From NCBI GenBank assembly GCA_963775425.1, contig CAVZJB010000016.1:32001-96000 (forward strand): a stretch of 64,000 nucleotides of DNA. Reading direction: 5' to 3'. Of the stretch, positions 54,056-64,000 are shown one piece after another. The translations under genes and the position numbers were made by a program. The notes below the pieces were generated by a model. It saw nothing but the letters and a program-made list of their open reading frames with translations. It had not been told where the DNA came from and did not search any database. Each line of letters starts with the position of its first letter. The first letter of the stretch is position 1. The stretch is from an uncultured delta proteobacterium (GTDB taxonomy: Bacteria > Myxococcota > UBA727 > VGSZ01).

Positions 54056-54985
54056 ATGCTCGCGCTCCTCGCCGCGCTCTTCTTCGCGGCAGCCCCCTGT
54101 GAAGCCCCGGTGCGCGTGGTCGGCCACGGCGTGCCCGCCGGCGTCGAGCGTGACCTCGCGGCGGCGGCGCCGGCGCTCGAGCGCAAGGTGGCGTCGGCGC
54201 TGTCGCTGACGTCGTGCGCCCCCATCACCGTCGAGCTGCTGCCGGCCATCGAGGGCGCCGCCGACCTCGAGCCGCCGTTCCTCTTGCCCGCCTGGGCCGC
54301 CGGCGCCGCCGAGCCCGGCGACCGCCGCATCGTCGTCGCCGTCACCGCCAAGGGCGAGCGGCAGGATCGCGAGCGCATCCTCTTGCACGAGCTCGCGCAC
54401 CTCGGCGTACGCGAGGCCGCGGGCGGGGCGCCCGTCCCGCGCTGGCTCGACGAGGGGGTCGCGCGCACGCTCGCGGGCGAGGAGGGCAGGGACGAGGAGG
54501 CCCTCGCGCGCGCGCGCATCTCCGACAGCCTCTTTCCCCTCGCCGCCCTCGCCGACGGCTTCCCCGCCCGCGGCGACCTCGCCGCCGTCGCCTACGCCGA
54601 GTCCGCGCGCGCCGTGCGCGTCATCGACGACGCCGGCAACGACGGCGCCGGCGCCGCCGCCGGCCGCATCGCCCCGGTGGCCCGCTTGCTCCGGGCGCTC
54701 GGCGCCGGGGCCAGCGTGGACGACGCGCTCTATCGGGTGGTCGGCAGGCGCACGTGGCAGGTCGACGTCGACGTCGCCCGCTCCATCCCCAAGGCGCGCG
54801 CCTGGGCCATCGTCGGGATGCAGGCGGACCTCGCCTACGTCCTCTCCGCCCTCGTGTGTGCCTGGGCGGGCCTGCGCGCGCGCCGCCAGCTCAAAAGGCG
54901 CATGGCCGCCCTCGACGACGAGGGCGCGGGCCTGCTCGGGCCGCCCCGCGATGTCGTCCTGCGTCGCTTTCGCGTCACGGCTTGA
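54056..54985 (+). CDS. peptidase MA-clan (gluzincin) metallopeptidase-like protein
   Basis: Signal peptide, LLHELAH zinc motif, downstream PRWLDEG, C-terminal TM helix. Confidence 0.8.
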   Translation: MLALLAALFFAAAPCEAPVRVVGHGVPAGVERDLAAAAPALERKVASALSLTSCAPITVELLPAIEGAADLEPPFLLPAWAAGAAEPGDRRIVVAVTAKGERQDRERILLHELAHLGVREAAGGAPVPRWLDEGVARTLAGEEGRDEEALARARISDSLFPLAALADGFPARGDLAAVAYAESARAVRVIDDAGNDGAGAAAGRIAPVARLLRALGAGASVDDALYRVVGRRTWQVDVDVARSIPKARAWAIVGMQADLAYVLSALVCAWAGLRARRQLKRRMAALDDEGAGLLGPPRDVVLRRFRVTA

Positions 54986-55017
54986 ACCGCTCTCGTCGTC
55001 GGTGCTAACTCCGGCGA

Positions 55018-58000
55018 ATGAGCAACGGGCAACCCGACCTCGACGGGGCTCCTGCGCAGGGCACACCTCCGGGAGACACGGCGGGCGATCCCGAGCTGCT
55101 CGTCGAGGAGGCCACCGGGGAGTTCTCCCACAAGCAGCAGGCGGCGGCGCCCGCGTCCGCGGCGGCAGGAGAGCCGGCCCAGCCCGTCGCGCCTCCGCTC
55201 CCGGTGCCGGCCGCCGGGGCCCCGCCGTTTCAGCCCACGCCCGAGGACGCCCAGCGCGCCAAGGACCGCATCGACGGGCTGGTGAAGGAGGCCCGCGCCA
55301 CCGAAGGCGCCGAGGCCGCGCCGCTGTGGTTCGAGGCCGGCCGCCTGTACGAGAGCGAGCTCGGTGACTTCAAGAACGCCGCGGGCCACTACCAGGAGGC
55401 CCACAAGGCCGACGCCGGCTTCCTCCCCGTCATCCACGGGGCCCGCCGCCTGTTCGCCACGCTCGGCAAGTGGGGCATGGTCGTGGTCCTCATCGATGAG
55501 GAGCTGAAGCTCCCCGGTGCGCCGCAGACCGCGCTCCTCGTCGAGAAGGCCCGCATCCACGAAACGCGCCTCGCGCGCCCCGAGGACGCCGTCGCCCTCT
55601 ACCAGCAGGCCCTGCAGATCAATCCCGGCTACGCCCCCGCCATCGACGGCGTCGTGCGCCACCTCGAGCAGCGAGGCGCCTGGGGCGACATCGCCAAGGT
55701 CTTGCGCGAGGGCGCCGAGCGCACGCCGCGGCCGGCGCAGCGCGCCGCCTGGCTCCTCGAGGTCGGTCGCATCCTCGAGGCGCGCCTCGGCGACGACGCC
55801 GGCGCGCTCGCCGCGTACGAGAAGGCCGACGCCGAAAACCCCGGGCGCCGCCCCGTCCTCGAGGCGCTGCGCCGGCTCTACGCGCGCGCGGGGAACGCCT
55901 CGGCGCTCGGCGCCGTCCTCGAGCGCCTCGCCGACGGCGCCAGCTCCGCCGGCGAGGCCGTCACGTTCCTGTGCGAGCGCGCGCGCATGCTCGCGGCCGC
56001 CGGCGACGAGCGGCAGGCCGTGGCGGCCCTCGAGGAGGCCCGCGAGCGCGCCCCCGACGACGCGCTCATCCTCGGCGACCTCGCGCGCTTGTACGAGCGG
56101 CTCGAGGTCTGGCCGTCGCTCGTGGAGACGCTCGAGGCGCACGCCCGCGGCACCCACGACCGCGCCGAGCTGCTCGCGCTCTTCGCCGAGGCCGGCAAGC
56201 TCGCCGAGGAGAAGCTCCAGGACGTCGAGCGCGCCATCCGCCTCTACGGCAGTTGTGTCGAGGTCGATCCGAGCTACGGGCCGGCGCTCACCGCGCTCGG
56301 CAAGCTCTTCGCCAAGACCAAGCGCTATCGCGAGCTGTCGAGCGTCTACGACGTCCAGGTGTCGTCGGCGGCGGACGCGCAGCAGAAGGTGAACCTGCTG
56401 TTCAAGCAGGCGGAGCTGCTCGCGGATCGGCTCGGCGACGCCGACGGCGCGCTGCTCCGCCTCACGGAGGTCCTCCGGCTGCAGCAGGGCTGGGTGCCCG
56501 CGCTCAAGCTGGCGTCGTCGCTGTACGCGCGCATGGGGCGCTGGGAGGAGCTGCTCAAGACCTACGAGCTCGAGCTGCAGTCGATGTCCGAAGGCGGGCA
56601 ACCCGATCGCGACCAGGCCATCTTCCTCCTCGAGAAGATCGCCAGCGTCGTCGAGGACAAGCTCGACGATCCCGCGCGCGCCGTCGAGGTCTACAAGCGG
56701 ATGCTCGAGGTGCAGCAGGGCTACCTGCCGGCGCTTCGCTCGCTCGGGCGCCTCTACGCGCGGCTCGAGAAGTGGGAAGAGCTCATCGCGGTCAACGCCG
56801 AGGAGTCGCAGATCGTCGGCGACCAGAACCACATCGTCTCGCTCATGTTCAAAAACGGCGAGATCTTCGCCGAGAAGCTCGGCCGCACCGACGAGGCCAT
56901 CACGGCCTATCGCCAGGCGCTGCAGTTGATGCCGAACTACCTGCCGGCGCTCAAGGCGCTCGGCTCCATCTATGCGCGCTCGGGCCGCTTCACGGACCTC
57001 ATCGCCATGCACCGCGAGGAGGCCGAGGTCGCCCGTCGCGCGGAGCAGCGCGCCCAGCTCCTGTACATGGTGGCGCAGATCCACGACGAGAAGCTGGGCG
57101 ACCGGAAGGCCGCCGTCGCCGCGTACCAGGAGGTGCTCAAGGAGGACGCGCGCTACCACCCGGCGATGCGCGCGCTCGCCCGCATCGCCTCCATGGACGG
57201 CGCGTGGGAGGACCTGCTCGAGGTCTACAAGATGGAGCTCGACGTGCTCTCCGAGGCGCGCGATCGCTCGCTCCTGCGCTGCCGCATGGCGGAGCTCCAG
57301 GACCGCCGCCTCGGCCGCGTCGACGACGCCGTGAAGACCCTCGAGGAGGCCATCGCCGACTCGAGCTACCTGCTGCAGGCGCACGAGCAGCTCGTCGCGC
57401 TGTACGCCCGGCTCGGCCGCGCCGAGGACGAGGTGCGCGCGCGCGAGCAGATGCACCAGGTGCTGCCCGACACCGACAGCCGCGTGGCCAACCTGCGCGT
57501 GCTCGCCAACCACGCGCTGCACCGCCTCGACGATCCCGCGGCGTCCCTCGACGCGGCCCAGCGCATCCTGTTCGAGAGCGGCCAGGACCGCGCCGCCCTC
57601 CGCCTCGGGCTGCACTGCGCGCTGCGCCTGCGCGACTACAAGCTCGCGGTGGAGCTGGCGGAGAAGCTCGCCCGCGTGGAGCCCGCCGCCGACGAGGTCG
57701 CCAACCTCCACCTGCAGGTCGCGGTGTGGAAGGAGAGCCACCTCGACCCCCCGCAGGACAGCCTGCCGAGCTACGTGCGGGCCCTCGAGTTCGACCCCGA
57801 AAACCCCACGGCGCTTCGTGCCGTGGAGCGCGCGTACGTCGAGCGCCAGGCGTGGGACGCGCTCTATGCCCTGTATGAGCGCGAGCGCGAGCGCGCGCAG
57901 CGCCCGGGCATCGTCGCGGACCTCTCGATGAAGATGGGCGAGATCGCCGAGCGTCGCCTGAAGAAGCTCGACGACGCCCTCGCGTGCTACGAGCGTGTCC

Positions 58001-60222
58001 TCGAGGGCGCGCCCGGCAACCTGGCGGCCATCACCCGGCTCAAGGACCTGTACGGCGCCCTCGGCCGCTCCAGCGACCAGTTGCGCATGCTCTCCCTGGA
58101 GGCGCAGACCTCCAAGGACCCGGCGCACGCCGTGAAGACGCTGCTCGAGGTGGGCGCGCTGCAGCGCGACCGCTTCAACAACGTCGACGCCGCCGTCGAG
58201 TGCTTCACGCGCGTCCTCGAGCGCGACGCCCTGCATTCGCAGGCCTACCAGTCGTTGGAGACGCTCCTCGTCAACAACTCGCGGTGGGAGGAGCTCGCCA
58301 AGCTCTATGTGACGCGCTCGTCGTCGGTGGCGGAGCTCCCGCAGAAGGTGGAGCTGCTCGTCAAGGCCGCCCACATCCTCGGTGATCGCTTGAAGCGCTT
58401 CGGCGCCGCCGCCGACGCCTACGAGCGCGTGCTCGAGCTCGTGCCCAACCACTCCGGCGCGCTCATGCAGCTCGGCCACCTCCGCTTCGCGTTGCAGGAG
58501 TGGGACGGCGCCGTGCAGGCCTACGCGCAGCTCGTGCAGATGGCCGGCGACCCGATGATGCTCGTGCCGGTGCACTACAACCTGGGCGTCATCTTCTCCG
58601 AGCACCGTGTCGACGCGCAGCGCGCCATCCAGCACCTCACCTCCTGCCTCGCCATGCAGCCGGACAACCGCGACGCGCGCAAGCGCATCGCGGCCAGCTA
58701 CGCCCTGTCGGGCTCGCCGGCGCAGGCGCTCGCGGCGTACCGCCAGCTCTGCGAGAGCTCCAACGACAAGGCCGAGAAGCGCGAGCTGCACATCATCCTC
58801 GCGCGGCTGTTCGAGCAGGCGTTCTCGGACCTCGCCCAGGCGGGCTCGCAGCTCGAAGAGGCCATGGCGCTCACCGACGACGCCGGCGACCGCAACCGGC
58901 TCCTCGACGAGATCGCGGGCCTGTACGAGCGCGCCGGCAACCTCCCCGGCCTCATCGACACCAGCGCCAAGCAGGCGGAGCAGCTCGCCGCCGTCGACCC
59001 CAAGCGCGCCGCCGACCTGATGTTCAGGAACGCGCGCATCCAGCTCGAGCGCATCAAGGACGCCGACGGCTCGCTGAGGTCCGCCCGCCGCGGCCTCGAG
59101 GTGAACCCCGATGACGTCGAGCTGCGCGGCTTCCTCGCCGACCTCTACGCCCGCATCCCCAACCAGCAGCTCCTCGCCATCGAGGAGCACCGCAAGATCC
59201 TGCGCGCGGGCCGCGTGCGGCCGGAGAGCATCCGCGGGCTGTTCAAGGCCTGGCAGGCGCAGCGGGCGCACGATCGCGCGTTCGTCGCGGCCGAGATCCT
59301 CTCGTTCCTCGGCGCCGCCAACGACGCCGAGGAGCTCTTCTTCAACGACAACAAGAAGCGCTTGAAGAAGGAGTCGCAGGAGGGGCTCGACGGCGGTCAG
59401 GTGAAGGGCTGGGTGCTCCACCCCGGCGAGCGCAACGCCGTCCACGACATCCTCGCCGCCGCCGCGGTGGACCTCGGCAAGCCCCTGGCGGACGGCGACC
59501 TCGAGCCCGTCGAGAAGCGCCTGCTCCTGCGGCCCAAGGCCGATGACCCGGTGCGGCGCCTCGCCGACGAGATCGCCAACAACTTCGGCTCGCGCCAGCA
59601 GGGCTGGGGCGGCTTCGACGTGCACAAGAGCGAGACCCGCCGCAGCCTCGTGCGCGCCTACGCCGCCGTCCCCGCCGTCGTCGTCGTTGGCGTCGACGTC
59701 GCCAAGCTGCAGCCCACGCGCGAACAGCGCTTTCTCCTCGGGCGCGAGATGCTCGCGTTGGCCGCGGGCCACACGCTCTTGCGCGGGCTCGACGCGCGCG
59801 GCCTCGGCGCGCTCATCACCGCCATCGGCCGCAACGTCGACAAGTCGTTCCCCCTGCTGGCCTCCACCGACGACCTCGACCTCCTCACGCGCAAGGTGGG
59901 CAGCGCGCTGTCGCGCAGGACCAAGGCGGCGCTGGCCGAGCCGGTGGCGGCGCTGACGGCGTTGTCGCGGCCCGTGGACCTCAAGGCGTTCCTCGAGGCC
60001 GTCCCGCTGTCGGAGCAGCGCGCGGGCCTCCTCGTGTCCGGCGCCTTCGACGCCGCGGTGCGCCTCATCGCGAAGGAGCAGGGGCGCCCGCTCGCGTCCG
60101 ACGCCACCAAGCTCGCCGGCACCCTGGAGAGCGAGCCCCGCCTCGCCGACCTCGTCGCCTACGCCGTCAGCGACGACCACTTCCAGGCCCGCCAGACCCT
60201 CCGCCTCGCCATCGACGCGTAA
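55018..60222 (+). CDS. giant cytoplasmic TPR-repeat protein (1734 aa)
   Basis: Continuous helical repeats (ALxxLxRLYxxxxxWxxL type) typical of myxobacterial AgmK-like proteins, no signal peptide, and a distinct C-terminal domain. Confidence 0.85.
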   Translation: MSNGQPDLDGAPAQGTPPGDTAGDPELLVEEATGEFSHKQQAAAPASAAAGEPAQPVAPPLPVPAAGAPPFQPTPEDAQRAKDRIDGLVKEARATEGAEAAPLWFEAGRLYESELGDFKNAAGHYQEAHKADAGFLPVIHGARRLFATLGKWGMVVVLIDEELKLPGAPQTALLVEKARIHETRLARPEDAVALYQQALQINPGYAPAIDGVVRHLEQRGAWGDIAKVLREGAERTPRPAQRAAWLLEVGRILEARLGDDAGALAAYEKADAENPGRRPVLEALRRLYARAGNASALGAVLERLADGASSAGEAVTFLCERARMLAAAGDERQAVAALEEARERAPDDALILGDLARLYERLEVWPSLVETLEAHARGTHDRAELLALFAEAGKLAEEKLQDVERAIRLYGSCVEVDPSYGPALTALGKLFAKTKRYRELSSVYDVQVSSAADAQQKVNLLFKQAELLADRLGDADGALLRLTEVLRLQQGWVPALKLASSLYARMGRWEELLKTYELELQSMSEGGQPDRDQAIFLLEKIASVVEDKLDDPARAVEVYKRMLEVQQGYLPALRSLGRLYARLEKWEELIAVNAEESQIVGDQNHIVSLMFKNGEIFAEKLGRTDEAITAYRQALQLMPNYLPALKALGSIYARSGRFTDLIAMHREEAEVARRAEQRAQLLYMVAQIHDEKLGDRKAAVAAYQEVLKEDARYHPAMRALARIASMDGAWEDLLEVYKMELDVLSEARDRSLLRCRMAELQDRRLGRVDDAVKTLEEAIADSSYLLQAHEQLVALYARLGRAEDEVRAREQMHQVLPDTDSRVANLRVLANHALHRLDDPAASLDAAQRILFESGQDRAALRLGLHCALRLRDYKLAVELAEKLARVEPAADEVANLHLQVAVWKESHLDPPQDSLPSYVRALEFDPENPTALRAVERAYVERQAWDALYALYERERERAQRPGIVADLSMKMGEIAERRLKKLDDALACYERVLEGAPGNLAAITRLKDLYGALGRSSDQLRMLSLEAQTSKDPAHAVKTLLEVGALQRDRFNNVDAAVECFTRVLERDALHSQAYQSLETLLVNNSRWEELAKLYVTRSSSVAELPQKVELLVKAAHILGDRLKRFGAAADAYERVLELVPNHSGALMQLGHLRFALQEWDGAVQAYAQLVQMAGDPMMLVPVHYNLGVIFSEHRVDAQRAIQHLTSCLAMQPDNRDARKRIAASYALSGSPAQALAAYRQLCESSNDKAEKRELHIILARLFEQAFSDLAQAGSQLEEAMALTDDAGDRNRLLDEIAGLYERAGNLPGLIDTSAKQAEQLAAVDPKRAADLMFRNARIQLERIKDADGSLRSARRGLEVNPDDVELRGFLADLYARIPNQQLLAIEEHRKILRAGRVRPESIRGLFKAWQAQRAHDRAFVAAEILSFLGAANDAEELFFNDNKKRLKKESQEGLDGGQVKGWVLHPGERNAVHDILAAAAVDLGKPLADGDLEPVEKRLLLRPKADDPVRRLADEIANNFGSRQQGWGGFDVHKSETRRSLVRAYAAVPAVVVVGVDVAKLQPTREQRFLLGREMLALAAGHTLLRGLDARGLGALITAIGRNVDKSFPLLASTDDLDLLTRKVGSALSRRTKAALAEPVAALTALSRPVDLKAFLEAVPLSEQRAGLLVSGAFDAAVRLIAKEQGRPLASDATKLAGTLESEPRLADLVAYAVSDDHFQARQTLRLAIDA

Positions 60223-60226
60223 GCGG

Positions 60227-61237
60227 TCACCCCACAACGAGGACGGCGGCGCCTTCGATGCGACCGCTCCTGAGGTCGTCGAGGGCGCGGTTGGCGTCCT
60301 CGAGGGGATACCTCGTCGTCGTCGTGCGGATGGGCACCTCGGGCGCGAGCGACAGGAGCGCCTCGCCGTCTTTGCGGGTGAGGTTCGCGACGGAGCGCAC
60401 CACGCGCTCGCCCCACAACAGGTCGTACGAAAACGACGGGATGGGGCTCATGTGGATGCCGGCGCAGACGACGACGCCGCCCTTGTCGACGTCGCCGAGC
60501 GCCTTGGGCACGAGCGCGCCCACGGGCGCCAAGAGGATGGCGGCGTCGAGGACCTCGGGCGGCGGCTCGTCGGAGCCCCCGGCCCACACGGCGCCGAGCC
60601 CACGCGCGAACGCCTGCGCGGCCCCGTCGCCCTTGCGCGTGAACGCGTACACACGCCTCCCGTCGTGGACCGCGATCTGCGCGAGGATGTGCGCCGCCGC
60701 GCCGAAGCCGTACAGGCCGAGCGCCTCGCCGCGCCCCGGGGGCGCGTCCCCCTCGGGGAACGCCATGCGGTACGCCCGGTAGCCGATGAGCCCCGCGCAC
60801 AACAGCGGCGCGGCCTCGACGTCGCCAAGCTGCGGCGGCAGCGGGAAGCAGTACGCGGCGTCGGCGACGGCGTGCGTGGCGTAGCCGCCGTCGCGCGTGT
60901 AGCCGGTGAACACGGCGTTGTCGCAGAGGTTCTCGCGCCCGCGCACGCAGAAGCGGCAAGCGCCGCAGGTGGCGCCGAGCCACGGGATGCCCACGCGCGC
61001 GCCCGGCTCCAAAGTCACGCCCTCGCCGCGCGCCTCGACGACGCCGACGACCTCGTGGCCGGGCACGAGCGGCAGCTTGGGGTGATCGAGCTCGCCGTCG
61101 ACGACGTGCAGATCGGTGCGGCACACGCCGCAGGCGAGCACCTTCACGCGCACCTGGCCGGGGCCGGGCGCGCGCGGCTCGATCTCACGCTTCACGAGAG
61201 GCGCGCGCGGCGCCTCGAGGACCATGGCCCACGCCAT
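60227..61237 (-). CDS. zinc-dependent alcohol dehydrogenase family protein
   Basis: CGVCRTDLH, GHEVVG, structural Zn CGACRFC..ENLC, PLLCAG, YGFGAAAH. Confidence 0.93.
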   Translation of the reverse strand: MAWAMVLEAPRAPLVKREIEPRAPGPGQVRVKVLACGVCRTDLHVVDGELDHPKLPLVPGHEVVGVVEARGEGVTLEPGARVGIPWLGATCGACRFCVRGRENLCDNAVFTGYTRDGGYATHAVADAAYCFPLPPQLGDVEAAPLLCAGLIGYRAYRMAFPEGDAPPGRGEALGLYGFGAAAHILAQIAVHDGRRVYAFTRKGDGAAQAFARGLGAVWAGGSDEPPPEVLDAAILLAPVGALVPKALGDVDKGGVVVCAGIHMSPIPSFSYDLLWGERVVRSVANLTRKDGEALLSLAPEVPIRTTTTRYPLEDANRALDDLRSGRIEGAAVLVVG

Positions 61238-61291
61238 GGGCAAGGCTACCAAAGCTCCGCCTCGACGCCGCAGCGTTCGGAGGACCGCCCG

Positions 61292-62716
61292 CTAGGTCTC
61301 TGCGAGCAGCCATGCGTCGAGGCGGTCGAAGCCGCCGCTCTCGCGGACGCGGTAGGCGGCGTGGTGGAACTCCGCTCCGTCGTGGCCGTGATAGCGGACG
61401 TCGACGCGCTGGCGACCCGGATCGAGCTCGAGCGTGGTCACGTTGTTCCGCCCGCTCGCCCAGTCGAACTGCGCGCCGAAGAGGAAGGGCACGAGGGCAT
61501 GGGGGATCTGTGCGCCCGGCCCCGCGAGCACCTCCATGGTCTTTCCGCCGACGCCCCACGCGCTCGCGCGCGCGATCATCGCGAGGTGGAAGTCGCCCGA
61601 GAGGAAGAGGACGCCGGGGATGTGGTTGTGCTCGATGTGCCCGAGGAGCTCGGTGCGTTGCTCGGCGAAGGTCTCCCAGCGATCGCGGATCGACGTCGAG
61701 AAGATCGGCGGGAACCGCGTGATGGGCACGGAGTTCACGATGATCTTGAACACGGCCGGGCTCTCCGCCAGCCCGCGCTTGAGCCAGTCCATCTGTTCGG
61801 GGCTGATGTACTGGTGCGGCGTCTGCGAGCGGTCACGCTCGCCGCGACAGTCGAGGACGAAGACCTCCGCGGTCTTGCCGAAGCGCCTGCTGCGCCACAG
61901 GCGATCGGGGCAGGGCGCGCGGCGGCACACGGGCATGTGCTCGAAGAACGCCGCGCGCGCGGCCGCGAGCTTGTCGGGCGACACCGAGGCCGGGCACCAA
62001 TCGTTGTCGACCTCGTGATCGTCCCAGGTGACCATGAAGCCCGTCGACGCGCGAAACGCCTGGTAGCCCGGCTGCGAGAGGTTCTCGCGCCACCGCGAGC
62101 GGTACGCCCGGAGGTCCTCGGAGCCGTCGGCGTACACGGCGTCGCCGAGCTGGATCATCATGTCGAGGTCGCTGCGCTCGCCGGCGCGGGCGAGCACGCT
62201 CTGATCCATCCCGTTCATGGTGCAGCACGTGGCCCCGATGCGCACCGGCACCAGGGCGTCGTCGACGGGCGCGGTCTTGAAGCGGCCCACGCGGCTGCGC
62301 CGCGACGGCGCGTCGCCGGCGAGCGCGTAGAAGGTGTAGCGGTACTCCGTGAACGGCTCGAGCGCGTCGACGTGCACCTGCACCGCGCCGCGCGCACCGC
62401 GAGGGACCTCGTGGTGGACCACCTGTCGCCAGCCGTCGCCGTCGTGCCGCCAGACCGCGAGGAGGAGCGCCGAGTCACCGTCGTAGTGCGTCCAGAGCTG
62501 CGCGCTGTCGGGCGTCGGATCGCCGGCGTTCACGCCGAGGGAGAACGCGCGTGGATCCTCGGGCACGGACCCGGGGTCGACGTCGGGCGCGACGTCGGCG
62601 CGCGCGTGCGCGGCGCCCGCCTTGGCGAGGATGCCGGCGGCGGTGACCGCGCCGAGCTGGAGGAAGCCTCTGCGCGTGTGCGCCGCCGGCCGCGGGTGCT
62701 CTCGATGTTTGCTCAT
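61292..62716 (-). CDS. phoD: alkaline phosphatase D family, Tat-exported
   Basis: TRRGFLQ Tat signal, FSLGVNAGDP, LGDAVYAD, WDDHEVDND, LDCR, LSGDFH. Confidence 0.88.
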   Translation of the reverse strand: MSKHREHPRPAAHTRRGFLQLGAVTAAGILAKAGAAHARADVAPDVDPGSVPEDPRAFSLGVNAGDPTPDSAQLWTHYDGDSALLLAVWRHDGDGWRQVVHHEVPRGARGAVQVHVDALEPFTEYRYTFYALAGDAPSRRSRVGRFKTAPVDDALVPVRIGATCCTMNGMDQSVLARAGERSDLDMMIQLGDAVYADGSEDLRAYRSRWRENLSQPGYQAFRASTGFMVTWDDHEVDNDWCPASVSPDKLAAARAAFFEHMPVCRRAPCPDRLWRSRRFGKTAEVFVLDCRGERDRSQTPHQYISPEQMDWLKRGLAESPAVFKIIVNSVPITRFPPIFSTSIRDRWETFAEQRTELLGHIEHNHIPGVLFLSGDFHLAMIARASAWGVGGKTMEVLAGPGAQIPHALVPFLFGAQFDWASGRNNVTTLELDPGRQRVDVRYHGHDGAEFHHAAYRVRESGGFDRLDAWLLAET

Positions 62717-62766
62717 GCCGCCGCGCAACCATACGCACTGCGCGCACGAACGGCAGGCCGCGCTGA

Positions 62767-63789
62767 TCAGGGCGACGGCGCGTCTGGGCGCGTACGCACA
62801 CGCAGCGGCGGATCCCCGCAGACGCTCTCGATGGTGAACGGCGTCGGATCGGGGACCCGCTTGTCGTCCATGAGCGCGTCGAGGGTGCGCACCGAGAAGC
62901 TCGAGCACCCCTGCGCGCGGTAGCGCCGGCGGCGCTCGACGATGTCCGGCCGGTGGAGCAAGCGGCAGTAGCCCGGGAGGGCGCGCTTTACGCCGTCACC
63001 GAGCGGCCCGCTGTAGACCGTCGGGTAGAAGCTCTCGTTCCAACACGGGTTCACCCAGTCGGCGAAGCGAAAGGGGCGCGCCAGGCGCCAGCGCCCGCCG
63101 CCGAAGACGAGCCCCGGGTGCGGCCCTTCGCACCACGAGCGCATGAGCTCGAGCCCCTGGAAGTTCGCCTCCATGTCGCCGTAGCTGAAGACGTTCCAGA
63201 ACGCGCCGCCGAGGATCCCGGACTCCTGGCGGATGCCGACGTCGACCGCCGCGCGCAGCGCGTCGTCGACGCTCTTGCCCGCGGCGCGCGCGCGCTCGTA
63301 CGCGTTCCAGTAGCGCGGACCGTTGGTGAAGAAGTGCCCCATCTTGTCGGTGCCGAAGGTCACGCCGGCGACGTTGATGGTGGGATCGATGTCGACGAAG
63401 ACGCCGTACGGCTGCAGCCCGAAGTAGCGATACATGCTCACGGGCGCGTATCGATCGAGGAGCTCCGACGTCGTCGCCGGGCGATACGGGAAGTGCCAGT
63501 CCCGCGTCGCGCCCACGGCGAACCAGACCGCGGTGCGGAACTGTTTGCCCATGAGGTGCAGGGCCACCTCGGAGCACGTGCGCGCCTCGGGCCGGCAACG
63601 GTTCACCTCGCGCAGGCCCTCGGCGAACCCCGCGTTCACCTTGTCGTCGATGACGCGGGTGCCGTCGGGGACGCGCACGTACCAGGCGTAATACGCGTCG
63701 GTCTCCGCCGCGCGCGCGGGGACGGCGAGCAGCGCGGCGGCGCCCACGACGACGCAGGCTGCGCAGCGTTGTCGCGAACGGCTCGTCAC
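62767..63789 (-). CDS. exported hypothetical protein
   Basis: Signal peptide ending ARA|AETD, GTDKMGHFF and FSYGDMEANFQG motifs, TAGCCT-N6-GTG upstream. Confidence 0.7.
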   Translation of the reverse strand: MTSRSRQRCAACVVVGAAALLAVPARAAETDAYYAWYVRVPDGTRVIDDKVNAGFAEGLREVNRCRPEARTCSEVALHLMGKQFRTAVWFAVGATRDWHFPYRPATTSELLDRYAPVSMYRYFGLQPYGVFVDIDPTINVAGVTFGTDKMGHFFTNGPRYWNAYERARAAGKSVDDALRAAVDVGIRQESGILGGAFWNVFSYGDMEANFQGLELMRSWCEGPHPGLVFGGGRWRLARPFRFADWVNPCWNESFYPTVYSGPLGDGVKRALPGYCRLLHRPDIVERRRRYRAQGCSSFSVRTLDALMDDKRVPDPTPFTIESVCGDPPLRVRTRPDAPSP

Positions 63790-63902
63790 CGGCGCAGGCT
63801 ACGCGCGGCCGCCGTCGGACGCGAGGCGCAAGGGGCGCCGTTTTCTTTCGCCGCGTCGAACACGCACGGGCCGTCCGCGGTGCCCCGTTCGGTGGACGAC
63901 AG

Positions 63903-63958
63903 CCGGGGTGGGGACAGGGCGCACGGATCCTCCGAAGGCACACGCGCCCCCACCCCGG
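63903..63958. other. long GC-rich hairpin in intergenic region
   Basis: CCGGGGTGGGG (63903-63913) / CCCCACCCCGG (63948-63958) with extra internal pairing. Confidence 0.35.
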
Positions 63959-64000
63959 TTTGGGCACTTCGCGGGCAACCGGCTGGTTTTGCACGCGATC

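Noticed and set aside
54835-60237. Very long antisense/alternate-frame ORFs (1800 aa here; also 25694-29215, 7844-10957, 29167-31908, 49638-52421)
   Set aside because: These are shadow ORFs expected in high-GC DNA with strong codon bias. They have Arg/Ala/Gly-rich or mirror-codon composition, no motifs, and fully overlap well-supported genes.

Overview
Very GC-rich (roughly 70% or more by eye), gene-dense chromosomal segment with about 52 CDS. The gene content (Glt-like gliding-machinery paralogues, PEGA/TPR Ser/Thr kinases, FHA proteins, Cys-rich lipoproteins) points to a Myxococcota/deltaproteobacterial genome. Housekeeping genes (carB, purA, recG, greA, maf-yggS-proC-divIVA-DUF167, thiolase, enoyl-CoA hydratase, phoD) are mixed with five more notable items. 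(1) A ~16.5 kb locus encodes a Glt/Nfs-like trans-envelope machine (GltF-, GltG-, two beta-barrel-, GltC-, GltD-like and TPR genes) with no motor genes, back-to-back with a VWA/Ca-binding-repeat lipoprotein that could be its adhesin. (2) A NapH-NapG-like quinol dehydrogenase pair is coupled to an atypical Tat-exported molybdoenzyme that is not NapA. (3) An RnfD/NqrB-like domain is fused to DUF2330 and followed by a tandem DUF2330 paralogue. (4) An XRE-HTH/AbiEii toxin-antitoxin pair has a visible promoter and operator. (5) Across the window, a TANNNT -10 box lies exactly 6 nt before the start codon of at least 13 genes, implying pervasive leaderless mRNAs. I saw no rRNA, tRNA, CRISPR array or transposase. 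All protein calls come from motif recognition by eye; no database searches were run.
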